This document shows positions 31,965 to 42,355 of a stretch of DNA of 64,000 nucleotides, in pieces (within the stretch, counting starts at the first letter, position 1; every line of letters begins with the position of its first letter). A program made the translations under genes and the position numbers. Source of the stretch: Alphaproteobacteria bacterium (lineage in GTDB: Bacteria > Pseudomonadota > Alphaproteobacteria > UBA828); contig CBDBLP010000002.1 in NCBI GenBank assembly GCA_965207055.1, forward strand, positions 336,152 to 400,151. The letters are read 5' to 3'. The notes beneath the pieces are model-generated. The model made no database searches and had not been told where the DNA came from. It saw nothing but the letters and a program-made list of their open reading frames with translations.

Positions 31965-34384
31965 CGGAGGCGACGCGGATGACCGGGACAAGCCAAGGCT
32001 GGGTCGGCAGCCACTTCCACCGCAAGGAAGATCATCGCCTCATCACGGGGAGGGGCCGGTTCCTGGCCGATCTCGCGAAGCCGGGCGCACTCCACATCGT
32101 GTTCAGGCGCAGCGACCACGCGCATGCCATGATCGAGAGCATCGACGTGAGCGCGGCCACGGCGATGCCGGGCGTCGTCGCGGTGGTCACCGGCGACGAC
32201 ATCAAGGACGAGATCCTGCCGATGCCGCAGCCGGTGGTGCAGCCGGCGCTGCCCGCCACCTATCCCAAGCACTGGCCGCTCGCGGTCGGCAGGGTGAAGT
32301 GGCACGGCGAGCCGGTGGCGGCGGTGATCGCCCGCGATCCCTACATTGCCGCGGACGCGGCCGAGGCCATCGAGGTCGAGTACGACCCGCTCCCCTATGT
32401 CGGCGATCCGGAGAGTGCGCTCGCCGAGGGTGCCACCATCGTCCACGAGGGCTGGACCGACAACATCATCTTCCAGATGGACTTCACCGGCGGCGCCGAC
32501 GAGGAGAGCCAGAGGGCGCACGAGGCCAAGGTCCAGGAGGTCTTCGACGGCGCCGATATCGTGATCAAGCAGCGCTTCACCTGCCACCGCTGCGGCGTAG
32601 CCCCGATGGAGACCAGAGGCGCGCTCTTCGAATGGGACGAGTCCGACGGCCTGACCGGCTGGCTCACCACCCAGCGCCCGCACATCGACCGCCTCGCGCT
32701 CTCGGACATTCTCGATATCCCGGCGGAAAAGGTCCGCATCATCGCCCCGCGCGACCAGGGCGGCGGCTTCGGCGTCAAGGCGCCCTTCTACCGCGAGCCC
32801 ATGCTGATCGCCTACATGGCGAAGAAGCTGAACCGACCGGTTCGCTGGATCGAGACCCGCCAGGAGCACCTGATGGCGGTGAGCCAGGAGCGCGACCAGA
32901 TTCACGATCTCGAGGTCGCGGCGGCGAGCGACGGCAAGCTGCTGGCGATCCGCGATCGCGGCCTCGCCGACTGCGGCGATGGCTGCGAGGGGGTCTACTG
33001 GGGCTTCCTGATGCCCTTCCTCGGCGCGGTCGAGCTGCCCAACGCCTACGACTGGCCGATCGGCGACATCAAGGTGAAGGTCGCCATCACCAACAAGTCA
33101 GCGCTCTCGCCGGCGCGGGCCTTCGGCGAGCTGCCCACCCGCTTCGCCATGGAGCGCGCCATCGACATGGTGGCCAAGCGCTGCGGCATGGAGCCGGCGG
33201 ACGTCCGCCGCAAGAACCTGGTCGCCTCGCTCCCCTACACCTCGATCACCAACGAGTATTTCGACAGCGGCGACTTCATCAAGGTGTGGGACAACCTGAT
33301 GGCGGAGGCCGATCTCCCCGCCTTCCGCGCGCGTCAGGCTGAGGCGCGGGCCGAGGGCCGCTATCTCGGCATCGGCTTCGGCCTCGGCGTGGAGCTTTCG
33401 GGCGTCGCCTCCGAGCTCTTCGTGCCGATGGAGAACCAGCCGGGCTACGGTGCGGCGACCGTGCGGCTCGACCCGCGCGGCAAGGTGCTGGTCTTCGAGG
33501 GCGACGCGCCCGGCGGGCAGGGGCACGAGACCACGGTGGCCCAGGCCGTCGCCCAGAGCTTCGGCATCCATCCCAACGATGTGGTGGTGACGACCGGGGA
33601 CACGGGCACGACGCCCTTCGGCTCCGGCACCGTCGGCGCCCGCGCGGGCTCCTACTTCGTCAGCGCTGCGGTCCAGGCCTGCGATTTCCTGAAGGACAAG
33701 ATCGGGCGCATCATGGCCCACGACCTGGCCCTTGGAGATACGACGCCGGCCGACTTCTCCTTCCAGGACGGCTACGTGACCTACCAGAAGGACACCAACA
33801 TCAAGAAGACCTTCCGCGAGGCGGTGGAGCGCATCATCATGGCGCCGATCAACCTGCCGGACGGAGAATCCGGCGGCCTCGAACACACCGCCTTCTTCGA
33901 GGCCGAGAAGCCGATGATCGCTTTCAACGCCGATGTCTGCACGGTCGAGGTCGATATCGAGACCGGCCAGTTCAAGATCCTGAGCTGGACCACCTCGGAG
34001 GACGTGGGGCAGATCATCAATCCCCAGATCGTCGAGGGGCAGATGCAGGGCGCCATCGTCCAGGGCCTCTCGAACACCATGTTCGAGGAGTTCGTGTACG
34101 ACGAGAACGGCCAGCAGCTCACCGCCGACTTCGAGAACTACAAGCTCGCGACCGCGGCGGACGTGCCCGACATCAAGGTGACCCATGCGCCAACGCCTTG
34201 CCCCTACACGCCGCTCGGCAGCCGGGGCATCGGCGAGGGGCGGCCGTCGGACGTGCCGGGCACGCTCTGCAACGCGATCTGCGACGCGCTCAGCCCCTTC
34301 GACATCGAGATCACGGACCTGCCGCTGCGGCCGGATTCGCTCTGGCGCAAGATCCGGGCGGCGCGCGGCAACGGAGCCTCCTGA
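31961..34384 (+). CDS. Xanthine dehydrogenase/aldehyde oxidase-family molybdopterin-binding large subunit; substrate unknown, not a CO dehydrogenase by signature
   Basis: 807 aa with the typical opening HFHRKEDHRLITGRGRFLADL. The active-site-loop region reads SPARAFGELP rather than the CODH signatures (V)AYRCSFR or AYRGAGR. Confidence 0.8.
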   Translation: MTEATRMTGTSQGWVGSHFHRKEDHRLITGRGRFLADLAKPGALHIVFRRSDHAHAMIESIDVSAATAMPGVVAVVTGDDIKDEILPMPQPVVQPALPATYPKHWPLAVGRVKWHGEPVAAVIARDPYIAADAAEAIEVEYDPLPYVGDPESALAEGATIVHEGWTDNIIFQMDFTGGADEESQRAHEAKVQEVFDGADIVIKQRFTCHRCGVAPMETRGALFEWDESDGLTGWLTTQRPHIDRLALSDILDIPAEKVRIIAPRDQGGGFGVKAPFYREPMLIAYMAKKLNRPVRWIETRQEHLMAVSQERDQIHDLEVAAASDGKLLAIRDRGLADCGDGCEGVYWGFLMPFLGAVELPNAYDWPIGDIKVKVAITNKSALSPARAFGELPTRFAMERAIDMVAKRCGMEPADVRRKNLVASLPYTSITNEYFDSGDFIKVWDNLMAEADLPAFRARQAEARAEGRYLGIGFGLGVELSGVASELFVPMENQPGYGAATVRLDPRGKVLVFEGDAPGGQGHETTVAQAVAQSFGIHPNDVVVTTGDTGTTPFGSGTVGARAGSYFVSAAVQACDFLKDKIGRIMAHDLALGDTTPADFSFQDGYVTYQKDTNIKKTFREAVERIIMAPINLPDGESGGLEHTAFFEAEKPMIAFNADVCTVEVDIETGQFKILSWTTSEDVGQIINPQIVEGQMQGAIVQGLSNTMFEEFVYDENGQQLTADFENYKLATAADVPDIKVTHAPTPCPYTPLGSRGIGEGRPSDVPGTLCNAICDALSPFDIEITDLPLRPDSLWRKIRAARGNGAS

Positions 34385-34419
34385 GCCGAGTCTCCGCCAT
34401 GCCACGCCGGTAGGGGGCG

Positions 34420-35766
34420 ATGGCGGGAGACAGAGTACGGATCGGCTCCGGCGCGGGATTCGCCGGCGATCGCTGGGAGCCGGCGGTCGAGCTGGTCGAA
34501 CGCGGCGGCCTCGATTACATCGCCTTCGAGTGCCTGGCCGAGCGCACCATTACGCGTGAGACCCTTGCGCTGAGGCGGGGGCAGGGGAGCGGCTACAACC
34601 CCCAGCTTGAGGAGCGCATGCGCGCGGTATTGCCGGCGGCGGCGGCGCAGGGCGTGCGCGTGCTCAGCAACATGGGCGCGGCCGACCCGCTGGCGGCGGG
34701 CCGCAAGACTTCGGAAATCGCGGTCGAGCTCGGGCTCGCCGACCGGCGCTGCGCCGTGCTGCTGGGCGACGACGTGCGCGACGCCGTCGCGGCACGCCCG
34801 GATCTGCCCCTGATGGAGACCGGCGCGCCGCTGGAGAGCATCCTGCCGCGCATGGCGTCCGCCAACGCCTATCTCGGCGCGGATGCGGTGGCGGCTGCGC
34901 TCGCGACCGAGGCGCCGGTGGTGGTGACCGGCCGGGTCGCCGACCCTTCGCTCTTCGTCGGCCCCATCCTCCATGCTCTCGGCTGGGGCCACGACGATTA
35001 CGGTCGTCTCGCCCAGGCCACGGCGGCGGGCCATCTGCTGGAGTGCGCGGGCCAGGTGACGGGCGGCTATTTCGCCGACCCCGGCGTCAAGGACGTGCCC
35101 GGTCTGGCGCGCCTCGGCTTCCCCTTCGCCGACGTGACCGACGCGGGCGCCGTGACCATCGGCAAGTGCGCCGGCTCGGGCGGGCGCATCGACGCCGCCA
35201 CCTGCACCGAGCAGCTTCTCTACGAGGTCGACGATCCTGCGGCCTACGTTACACCCGACTGTGTGCTCGACATGACCGGCATCGCCATTCGCGAGGTCGG
35301 GCCCGACCGGGTGGCGGTCAGCGGCGCCCAGGCACAGCCGCGCACCGACGCCTACAAGGTGAGCATCGGCTATTTCGACGGCTATCTGGGCGAGGGGCAG
35401 CTCTCCTACGGCGGGCCCAACGCGGTCGCACGCGCCCGCCTTGCCGGCGAGATCGTGGCGGAGAGGCTGCGCCTGCGCGGCTTCGCCTACGACGCGCTCG
35501 ACGCCCGCCTGATCGGGATCGACAGCCTGCACGGGCCCGGCGCGGGCCGGCCCGAGCCATACGAGGTCAGGCTCCGCGTCACCGGCCGCACGCAGGATGA
35601 GAAGGCGGCGCAAGCGGTGGGCTTCGAGGTCGCGGCGCTCTACACCAACGGGCCGGCGGGCGGGGCAGGGGACGCGGCGAGCGTGCGCGAGATCCTCGCG
35701 GTGCAGTCGGTGCTGCTGCCGCGCGATCTGGTCACGCCCCGCGTCGAGGTGGTGGACGCCGGCTGA
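34420..35766 (+). CDS. DUF1446 (AtuA-like, acyclic terpene utilisation family) protein
   Basis: The opening VRIGSGAGFAGDRWEPAVELVERGGLDYIAFECLAERTI is characteristic of the family. Confidence 0.7.
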   Translation: MAGDRVRIGSGAGFAGDRWEPAVELVERGGLDYIAFECLAERTITRETLALRRGQGSGYNPQLEERMRAVLPAAAAQGVRVLSNMGAADPLAAGRKTSEIAVELGLADRRCAVLLGDDVRDAVAARPDLPLMETGAPLESILPRMASANAYLGADAVAAALATEAPVVVTGRVADPSLFVGPILHALGWGHDDYGRLAQATAAGHLLECAGQVTGGYFADPGVKDVPGLARLGFPFADVTDAGAVTIGKCAGSGGRIDAATCTEQLLYEVDDPAAYVTPDCVLDMTGIAIREVGPDRVAVSGAQAQPRTDAYKVSIGYFDGYLGEGQLSYGGPNAVARARLAGEIVAERLRLRGFAYDALDARLIGIDSLHGPGAGRPEPYEVRLRVTGRTQDEKAAQAVGFEVAALYTNGPAGGAGDAASVREILAVQSVLLPRDLVTPRVEVVDAG

Positions 35767-36089
35767 TGCTCACCGTGCATGACCTCGCTCACGCCCGCGC
35801 CGGCGACAAGGGGCACAGCGTCAACGTCTCGGTGATCGCCTATGACGAGGCGGGCTACGAGCGGCTCAAGCGGGAGCTGACCGAGGCGCGCGTCGCGGCG
35901 GCCTTCGCGGCGCTGGCCGACGGTCCCGTGCGCCGCTACGCCCTGCCGGGGCTCGGGGCGTTCAACTTCGTCATCGAGCGGGTGCAGGGCGGCGGCGTCA
36001 CCGCGACCGGCGCGCTCGACATCCACGGCAAGAGCCTGTCCTCGCTGATGCTCACGATCCCGCTGCCCGGCAACGAGCCGGAGGGTTAG
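35766..36089 (+). CDS. Small partner protein of the AtuA-like gene
   Basis: 107 aa (DLAHARAGDKGHSVNVSVIAYD...), translationally coupled through a TGATG overlap. Confidence 0.55.
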   Translation: MLTVHDLAHARAGDKGHSVNVSVIAYDEAGYERLKRELTEARVAAAFAALADGPVRRYALPGLGAFNFVIERVQGGGVTATGALDIHGKSLSSLMLTIPLPGNEPEG

Positions 36090-36098
36090 TCGAGGCGC

Positions 36099-36542
36099 TC
36101 AGGCCGCCGTATCGATCCAGATCGTAACCGGGCCGTTGTTGACGAGGTGGACCTGCATCTCGTGGCCAAAGCGCCCGGTCTGAACCGGCACCCCGTGCTC
36201 GGCGAGGGAGGCGGTGAAGAGTTCGTAAAGGCGCTCGCCCTCGTCCGGGGGTGCGGCGTAGGAAAAGCCCGGCCGGTTGCCGCGGCTGGTGTCGGCGGCG
36301 AGGGTGAACTGGCTCACTACTAGGGCGCTGCCTTCGCTCGCCAGCACCGAGAGGTTCATCTTGCCGGGCTCGCTCTCGAAGATGCGCAGGTTGGCGACCT
36401 TGCGCGCGAGGAACTGCGCCTGCTCGTCGCCGTCGCCCTGCATCGCGCAGACGAGCACCAGCATGCCCTTGCCGATCTCGCTGACGGTCTCGCCGGCAAT
36501 ATCGACGCGGGCTTGCGCGACCCGCTGGATCAGCGCCCTCAT
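36099..36542 (-). CDS. dtd: D-aminoacyl-tRNA deacylase
   Basis: [32 protein letters not shown]...[17 protein letters not shown]...[11 protein letters not shown]. Confidence 0.85.
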   Translation of the reverse strand: MRALIQRVAQARVDIAGETVSEIGKGMLVLVCAMQGDGDEQAQFLARKVANLRIFESEPGKMNLSVLASEGSALVVSQFTLAADTSRGNRPGFSYAAPPDEGERLYELFTASLAEHGVPVQTGRFGHEMQVHLVNNGPVTIWIDTAA

Positions 36543-36832
36543 GAGTCGATCGGCGCGTAGTAGGTGCGGACGGGCGCTTCGGCGAGCAGCGCCAGGAAGT
36601 CGTCCAGCGCACCCGCTTCTTCCAGGGCGGCGAGGCTGGCCTTGTGCGCCTCCACCGAGGTCCATTCCTCGATGATGATCAGCCCGTCCGGCGCGGCGGC
36701 ATCCACCACGAGCTCGACGCGGGAGCAGCCCTCCAATCCAGGGTTCTCACCCACGAAGGGGGCGAGCATGTCGACCACCTCCTGCCCCTTCCCGGGCTTC
36801 GCGGTCGCCCGCACCAACACCAGCACGCTCAT
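36539..36832 (-). CDS. ABM-domain (antibiotic biosynthesis monooxygenase-like) protein
   Basis: 97 aa ([23 protein letters not shown]...[16 protein letters not shown]). Confidence 0.6.
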   Translation of the reverse strand: MSVLVLVRATAKPGKGQEVVDMLAPFVGENPGLEGCSRVELVVDAAAPDGLIIIEEWTSVEAHKASLAALEEAGALDDFLALLAEAPVRTYYAPIDS

Positions 36833-37023
36833 CGTCCTCTCCCTCGCACGAAGGGCAGGCGCCGGGAGGCCGGGGCGGCGTACCTCCGGCCCCCGCGACG
36901 CGGCTATATCGCTATATAGGGGGTTGGCCCAACACGCCAGTCGTCGCGCAGGCCGCCCTCCGGATTGCGGCCGCGGGGCCACCGTGTACCATCGGCGCGA
37001 GCGGGGAAACGCGGAGGGAGAGA

Positions 37024-38436
37024 GTGACGAGCTGGCCCACTCAGGCGGAAGGCGCGAGCGGCGCCACGCTCAGGCTCGGGCGCTGGGTCGCCGAGGTGCC
37101 CCGTGCGTGGAGCAAGGAGGCGGAGCGCCGAGCCGCGAGCGCCTTCGTGGACACGGCCGCCTGCATGCTGGCGGGCGCGGACGATCCCGCGCCACGTGCG
37201 GCCCATGCCGGCGTCGCCCGCTGGGGCGCGGGCAGCGCGGTCGTCGCCGGCACGCCGCAACGGCTTGCCGCGCCCTGGGCCGCGCTGGTCAACGGCACGG
37301 CGGCCCATGCGCTCGATTACGACGACATCCTGGAGATCAGCAACGCCCACGTCAGCGCCGTGCTGGTGCCCGCCCTGCTCGCGCTCGGGCAAGAGCGGGG
37401 CGCCGACGGCGCGGCCTGCGTGGACGCGTTCATCGTGGGCGTCGAGGTCATGGCCCGCCTCGGCGAGGCGCTCAACCCCACCCTCTACTTCAAGGGCTGG
37501 CACACCACGTCGACCCTGGGCGCACCTGCTGCTGCCGCCGCCTGCGCCCGGCTGCTTCGCCTCGACGCCGCCAAGGCCACGGCCGCGCTCGGCCTCGCCA
37601 CCAGCCTCGCCTCCGGCGGCAAGCGACAGTTCGGCACCATGGCGAAGCCGCTCCACGCCGGGCTCACGGCCAAGAACGGCATCCTGGCGGCGGCGCTGGC
37701 CGAGTCCGGCGTCAGCGCTGCGGCGGACGCCTACGAGGGCGCGCGCGGCTTCGTCGACCTCTTCGCCGGCGTGCCGCGCGAGCGGCTGGAGGCGGCGGTC
37801 GCGGCCTTCGACGGGCCGCCCGCGATCGAGCGCTACGGGCTCTGGCAGAAGGTCTACCCCTGCTGCGGCAGTGTTCATCGCCCCCTCGATGCCCTGCTCG
37901 ATATCCGGGGGGAGGGCGGCCTCGCACCGCAGGCGGTGGCCGGGATCGACGCGCTGCTGGCGGAGATCGAGACGCACAACCTGCCCTATAGCGCGCCCGC
38001 CGATGCCATGCAGGCGCGCTTCAGCCTGCCCTACCTGCTGGCGAGCGCGCTGGTGGACGGCCGCCTCGCCCTCGACGCCTTCACCGTAGACGCGCTTGCG
38101 CGGCCCGGCGTGCGCACGCTGCTCCGCCGAGTGAATATGCGCCCGGACCCGTCCCAGCCCGGCGATGCGAACGACGACGAGGCGCCGCTCAGGGCGACGG
38201 TCACGGTGCGGCTCGCGGGCGGGGCCGAGCGCTCGCGCACGGTGCAGGAGCCGAGGGGCCATCCGTGCCGGCCGCTCGGCCGGAACGCGCTCCACGCCAA
38301 GTTCGTGGACTGCGCCTCGCGCGCCTTGCCGCCGACGGCACACGATGCCGCCTTCGCGGCCTTCGACGAACTCGCCCAGGCACCTGACCTCGACGCCCTA
38401 GCGGCGCATCTCGGGGGAGGCCATGGCCCAGGCTGA
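37024..38436 (+). CDS. MmgE/PrpD-family protein
   Basis: 470 aa with family landmarks FVDTAACMLAGADDP, NGTAAHALDYDD and KPLHAG. Confidence 0.75.
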   Translation: MTSWPTQAEGASGATLRLGRWVAEVPRAWSKEAERRAASAFVDTAACMLAGADDPAPRAAHAGVARWGAGSAVVAGTPQRLAAPWAALVNGTAAHALDYDDILEISNAHVSAVLVPALLALGQERGADGAACVDAFIVGVEVMARLGEALNPTLYFKGWHTTSTLGAPAAAAACARLLRLDAAKATAALGLATSLASGGKRQFGTMAKPLHAGLTAKNGILAAALAESGVSAAADAYEGARGFVDLFAGVPRERLEAAVAAFDGPPAIERYGLWQKVYPCCGSVHRPLDALLDIRGEGGLAPQAVAGIDALLAEIETHNLPYSAPADAMQARFSLPYLLASALVDGRLALDAFTVDALARPGVRTLLRRVNMRPDPSQPGDANDDEAPLRATVTVRLAGGAERSRTVQEPRGHPCRPLGRNALHAKFVDCASRALPPTAHDAAFAAFDELAQAPDLDALAAHLGGGHGPG

Positions 38437-39436
38437 CGTGAGCACGCCCGACGCTGCCGCCTTCACCCGGGCGGCTACGGTGTTCGACTGCCTCGGGCTC
38501 TACTACGTGCTCGACGAGCCCTATGCGACCCGCTGCCTGGAGGCGGGCGTCAACATCTGCAACGTGACCTTCGCGCTGGAGAGCACCTGGGACCAGACCA
38601 TGAGCGCCGTGGACGAGGGTTTTGGCAAAATCGAGGCCAGCCCCGTGCTCGCGCTCGCCCGCAACCGGGCGGAGATCGAGGCGGCGCTCGCGGCCGGCCG
38701 GCTCGCCGTGGTCCCCGGCACGCAAGGCTCCAGCATGATCGACAAGGAGCTCGCGCGCGTGGGCGTCCTCGCCCGGCTCGGCTTCCGCTTCTTCGGCCTC
38801 GCCTACACCGGCGCCACCCTCTTCGCCGACGGCTGCGGCGAGAAGCGCGACGCGGGCCTCAGCTTCCTTGGCGAGGAGCTGATCGCGGCGGTGAACGAAA
38901 CGCCGATGATCCTCGACCTCTCCCACGCCGGCCACCGCTCCCGCGCCGAGGCGGTGCCGCTCGCCCGCGCGCCGGTCTGCACCCATTCCAACGCATGGCA
39001 CCACGTGCCCAACGAGCGCAACACCAGGGACGAGACCGTGCGCGCCATCTGCGCCAAGGGCGGCATGATGGGCGCCTGCTGCCTGCCCCTCTCGGTGAGC
39101 CCGGCGGACCAGACCCTCGACCGCCTGGTCGACCACATCGACCACTTCAAGGCGCTGGTGGGTGCGGAGCACATCGGCATCGGGCTCGACTTCACCGAGG
39201 CCTATCAGGAGTCCAAGACCGTGCTGCCGGAATCGGTCCGCTGGCGCACGCTCCGCCCCGACATCTTCGGGCCGGTCGAGGCCTTCGTGACCCAGCGCTA
39301 TCCGGCGGGTCTCAGCGGCATCGCCGAGCTCCCCAACCTCGCCCGGCGGCTCCTTGAGCGCGGCTACGGCGAGGACGAGGTCGCCGGCATCCTCGGGGCA
39401 AACTGGCTCCGCACTTTCACCCGCTTCGTCGGCTGA
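38423..39436 (+). CDS. Membrane dipeptidase-family (peptidase M19) protein
   Basis: MILDLSHAGHRS..., PVCTHSNAW...NERNTRDE..., HIGIGLDF. Confidence 0.75.
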   Translation: MAQADVSTPDAAAFTRAATVFDCLGLYYVLDEPYATRCLEAGVNICNVTFALESTWDQTMSAVDEGFGKIEASPVLALARNRAEIEAALAAGRLAVVPGTQGSSMIDKELARVGVLARLGFRFFGLAYTGATLFADGCGEKRDAGLSFLGEELIAAVNETPMILDLSHAGHRSRAEAVPLARAPVCTHSNAWHHVPNERNTRDETVRAICAKGGMMGACCLPLSVSPADQTLDRLVDHIDHFKALVGAEHIGIGLDFTEAYQESKTVLPESVRWRTLRPDIFGPVEAFVTQRYPAGLSGIAELPNLARRLLERGYGEDEVAGILGANWLRTFTRFVG

Positions 39437-39478
39437 GCACCGCGCCCCGTCGCTACATGCCGCCGTCTACCGCCACCG

Positions 39479-42025
39479 TCACCAGCGGAGCGCGCCGCGC
39501 AGCATCAGGCCGTGCGCGGGGCCGTTGTCGTTGGCGGCCTCGTGCAGGGTGCCTTCGACGCTGAGGCTCGCGTCCGCCGCTAGCTGCCAGCGGGCTCCCA
39601 TGCGCCACGACCGCGCGCCACCGCCGCTGAGCCCGAGCCCCGTGTAAGGCGTCACCAGCCCGAGACCGTGCGCCGCGCCGAGACCGTAGCCGATCTCCGT
39701 GTTCAGGCGTGCCCTCGCCTGGTCGGCCGGTGAGGCGCCCGCGGCGACGCCATTCTCCCACAGCTGCTGCACGCCGCTGGCCGTCTGGCCCCACGCCGGC
39801 TCCACGCTGAGCGCGAGACCCTGGCCGGACGCACCCGGATCGATGCGCACCAGCCCGCTCACGCCGGTCTCCTCGTAGTCGCCGCTGTGGTTGAGCAGGG
39901 TCCGGACCCGGCCTTCGACGGTGAGCCCCGACTCCGCGTCGGCGTAGCGAAGCGCGCCCCCAGCCTCGATGCCGGTGCCGGTCTCGCCGTCGCCGCCGTC
40001 CTTGCGCAGGCCGAGCTCGAGCGAGGGGGTGAGTGTCGCGCCCGAGTCGAGCTTCTGGTCATGGCTCCCTTCGAGCAGCAGCCGCTGCCGGCTGGCGCTC
40101 AGCGACATGCTCTCGAGAGTCCCGGGGCCGTCGACGTCGGCCGACGTGAAGGCCACCTCGCCCTTGAGCCGCAGGTTCGTGGTGCCGCCGGCGATCATCT
40201 GATCGCTGGACATGAGGGTCCCGCTCACGCCCGCCGCGACCATCCGCTGGGTCAGGTCGCTGGTTTGCGCGCCCGCCGACTCATCGTCGATCTCCACCTC
40301 GCCCGAGCCGAAGCCGGCCATGGCCCACAGGTTCATGCCGCCCGGCATCTGCCAGCCCAGGTAGGGACTGACGCTGGTCAGAGAGGTCGTGAGCTCGCCC
40401 GTCAGCGCGTAAGAGTCCGTGTAATCCACGGTCCCGCTCGTCTGGGTCATCGACACACCCGCGAGCATGTCCGCGCCAATCCGGGTGTCGATCCCGAGGC
40501 TGGCGCTCACCACGCTGCCGTCATAGTCGACGGACTGCGGGCTGCCGCCGGAGATGCTGCGGTAGTCCCCGCTGCCCCAGAACGACAGGTTCCCGAACAG
40601 GCCGCCGCTCCCCTTATCCGCCGCGCCGAGCGGCATGGTGAAGGAGGAGTTCGCCAGCAACCGACTGAGGTCGAAGGTGCCGCTATCCAGCGCATGCCCG
40701 TTTGCCAGGATGGCGTCGGAGAGGGTGGAGGCGCCACCGAAGCTGAGCTCTGCGGCAGGTGGGATGTCGGAGATTGCCTGCTCGATGCGGCCCGAGACGG
40801 CATCGACCGTGCTCGCGGTCATGGCCCGCACCACCTGCGGCAGCACCGATTCGACAGCGGAGTTCTGGCGCGCTGCGATCACCTCCGGTGTGCTCAGATA
40901 AAAGCCCGAATTGATGATGAAGTGGGCTGGGCCGATGGTTCCGTCCGGCGACGGGATGTTGCCGGTGATCACGCGGGCGTAGCCCACCTTGGGAATGTCA
41001 GCGCTGTCGCTATCGTCGGCGGGATCGTCGAAGTGATACGTCCAGAAACCGCCTTCCGGGCCGCTTTCCGCCGCTTGGATGAGCTGATCCACGATGAGCT
41101 CTCCAGTCACGACGTCGTGGGAAACCCCTCCTCTTCGATACTCGAACCTGTTCGGAAACGCTCCATGAAACAGGATGAGCTTGCTGTCAGCTCGCATCAC
41201 GCCGAGATACACGGGACCATGCCTCCAGGGCCCGTTCGGATCCCGCAAGGCGATCTTGGCTTGCGAGATAGCGGACGGATCGCCGGACTCCATGAGTTCG
41301 ACGAAGTACTCCCCCGCAGCGGTGACGAAGGCTTTCAAGGTTGCGCGATCCACCACGTCCCTGGCCGTAACGGCCGGTTGGCGGTGATCGATTTGTTCAT
41401 CAACCAAGTGAGACTCGTCGAGATCGAATCCCGCCAGCAGCACGATCGGAGACCGCAATTCAGTCGAGAAATATGCGGTGGCGTAGCCGGCGTCGGCGCC
41501 TACATTGAACTGACCGCCATTCCCCATTGTCGCGCTCACGAGCGCAGTATAAACCGCAGCAGTGTCGGTTAGAGTAGCCGGGTCAATTCCCAACGCTTTA
41601 AGGATCGCTCCGTAAGTCATCTGGTTCAGCAGCCCGCCTGACAGCGACATGTCCTTGGCGTGAACGAACACGCGACCATCGGGCGTCAGGGTCACGATGT
41701 AGGTGTCACCGGAGCGCCAGTGCCCGCCTTCCACCCTTATGAGACATCCGATATAGAACCCTTGTTCCACGTTCGTAGCCTGTTGCGAATGTTCTACGGA
41801 CTGTTCTCTCACAGCCAGCGCGAAGCCCATCTGGCTGGCGCTGCCGTCCTCCACCTCTTGCGCTGTCACACGTGGGGGGTCAACAGGATCTACGCCGGCG
41901 GGACGGGGACAAGCGTCCTCCGTCTGCGCCAAGGCGGGGTACGCATTGGAAAACGCGACTGCCAGCCCAATAAGGCCGACTGCGAGAAACGAACGACACC
42001 TAGTTTTCAATGTCGCGGTTTTCAT
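39479..42025 (-). CDS. Autotransporter with a passenger resembling tandem Cache domains
   Basis: Signal peptide MKTATLKTRCRSFLAVGLIGLAVAFSNAYPALAQ. The C-terminal barrel is homologous to that of the 23075..29233 protein and ends LMLRGALRW. The passenger contains GDTYIVTLTPDGRVFVHAKD and GPVYLGVMRADSKLILFHGAFP...GGFWTYHFDDP...KVGYARVI...FIINSGFYL. Confidence 0.75.
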   Translation of the reverse strand: MKTATLKTRCRSFLAVGLIGLAVAFSNAYPALAQTEDACPRPAGVDPVDPPRVTAQEVEDGSASQMGFALAVREQSVEHSQQATNVEQGFYIGCLIRVEGGHWRSGDTYIVTLTPDGRVFVHAKDMSLSGGLLNQMTYGAILKALGIDPATLTDTAAVYTALVSATMGNGGQFNVGADAGYATAYFSTELRSPIVLLAGFDLDESHLVDEQIDHRQPAVTARDVVDRATLKAFVTAAGEYFVELMESGDPSAISQAKIALRDPNGPWRHGPVYLGVMRADSKLILFHGAFPNRFEYRRGGVSHDVVTGELIVDQLIQAAESGPEGGFWTYHFDDPADDSDSADIPKVGYARVITGNIPSPDGTIGPAHFIINSGFYLSTPEVIAARQNSAVESVLPQVVRAMTASTVDAVSGRIEQAISDIPPAAELSFGGASTLSDAILANGHALDSGTFDLSRLLANSSFTMPLGAADKGSGGLFGNLSFWGSGDYRSISGGSPQSVDYDGSVVSASLGIDTRIGADMLAGVSMTQTSGTVDYTDSYALTGELTTSLTSVSPYLGWQMPGGMNLWAMAGFGSGEVEIDDESAGAQTSDLTQRMVAAGVSGTLMSSDQMIAGGTTNLRLKGEVAFTSADVDGPGTLESMSLSASRQRLLLEGSHDQKLDSGATLTPSLELGLRKDGGDGETGTGIEAGGALRYADAESGLTVEGRVRTLLNHSGDYEETGVSGLVRIDPGASGQGLALSVEPAWGQTASGVQQLWENGVAAGASPADQARARLNTEIGYGLGAAHGLGLVTPYTGLGLSGGGARSWRMGARWQLAADASLSVEGTLHEAANDNGPAHGLMLRGALRW

Positions 42026-42355
42026 CGTGAGGGGCTCCTGCTGCGGAAAGGCGGGACATCTATTGCCGAAAACGACTCAATGAGGAGCCGAGTCGTACGG
42101 GTTGTCTTTGCCGAAATCAAGTTGCAAAAAACTAGAATCACGAAAGAAAAGCGCAGCGCATATCAAATTTTCATGGGTTGTTACTGAATAGAGATAAGTG
42201 ATTCGATAAAGCAGATTACTCAGCGGAGCCAGTGAGAGTGTTGGACACACTCGCGAACTTTCTACGGGCAGGACCCCATCCTGCTGATGAAGTTGCAGAC
42301 GTCGCCCCGCCACCCGATGGCCGAACTCAACGGGGCGAATCGGGAGCCTTGGTCG

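Noticed and set aside
31961-34384. The CoxL-like large subunit could be an aerobic CO dehydrogenase.
   Set aside because: The diagnostic active-site loop (AYRCSFR for form I, AYRGAGR for form II) is replaced by SPARAFGELP. The gene order M-S-L alone is not diagnostic.
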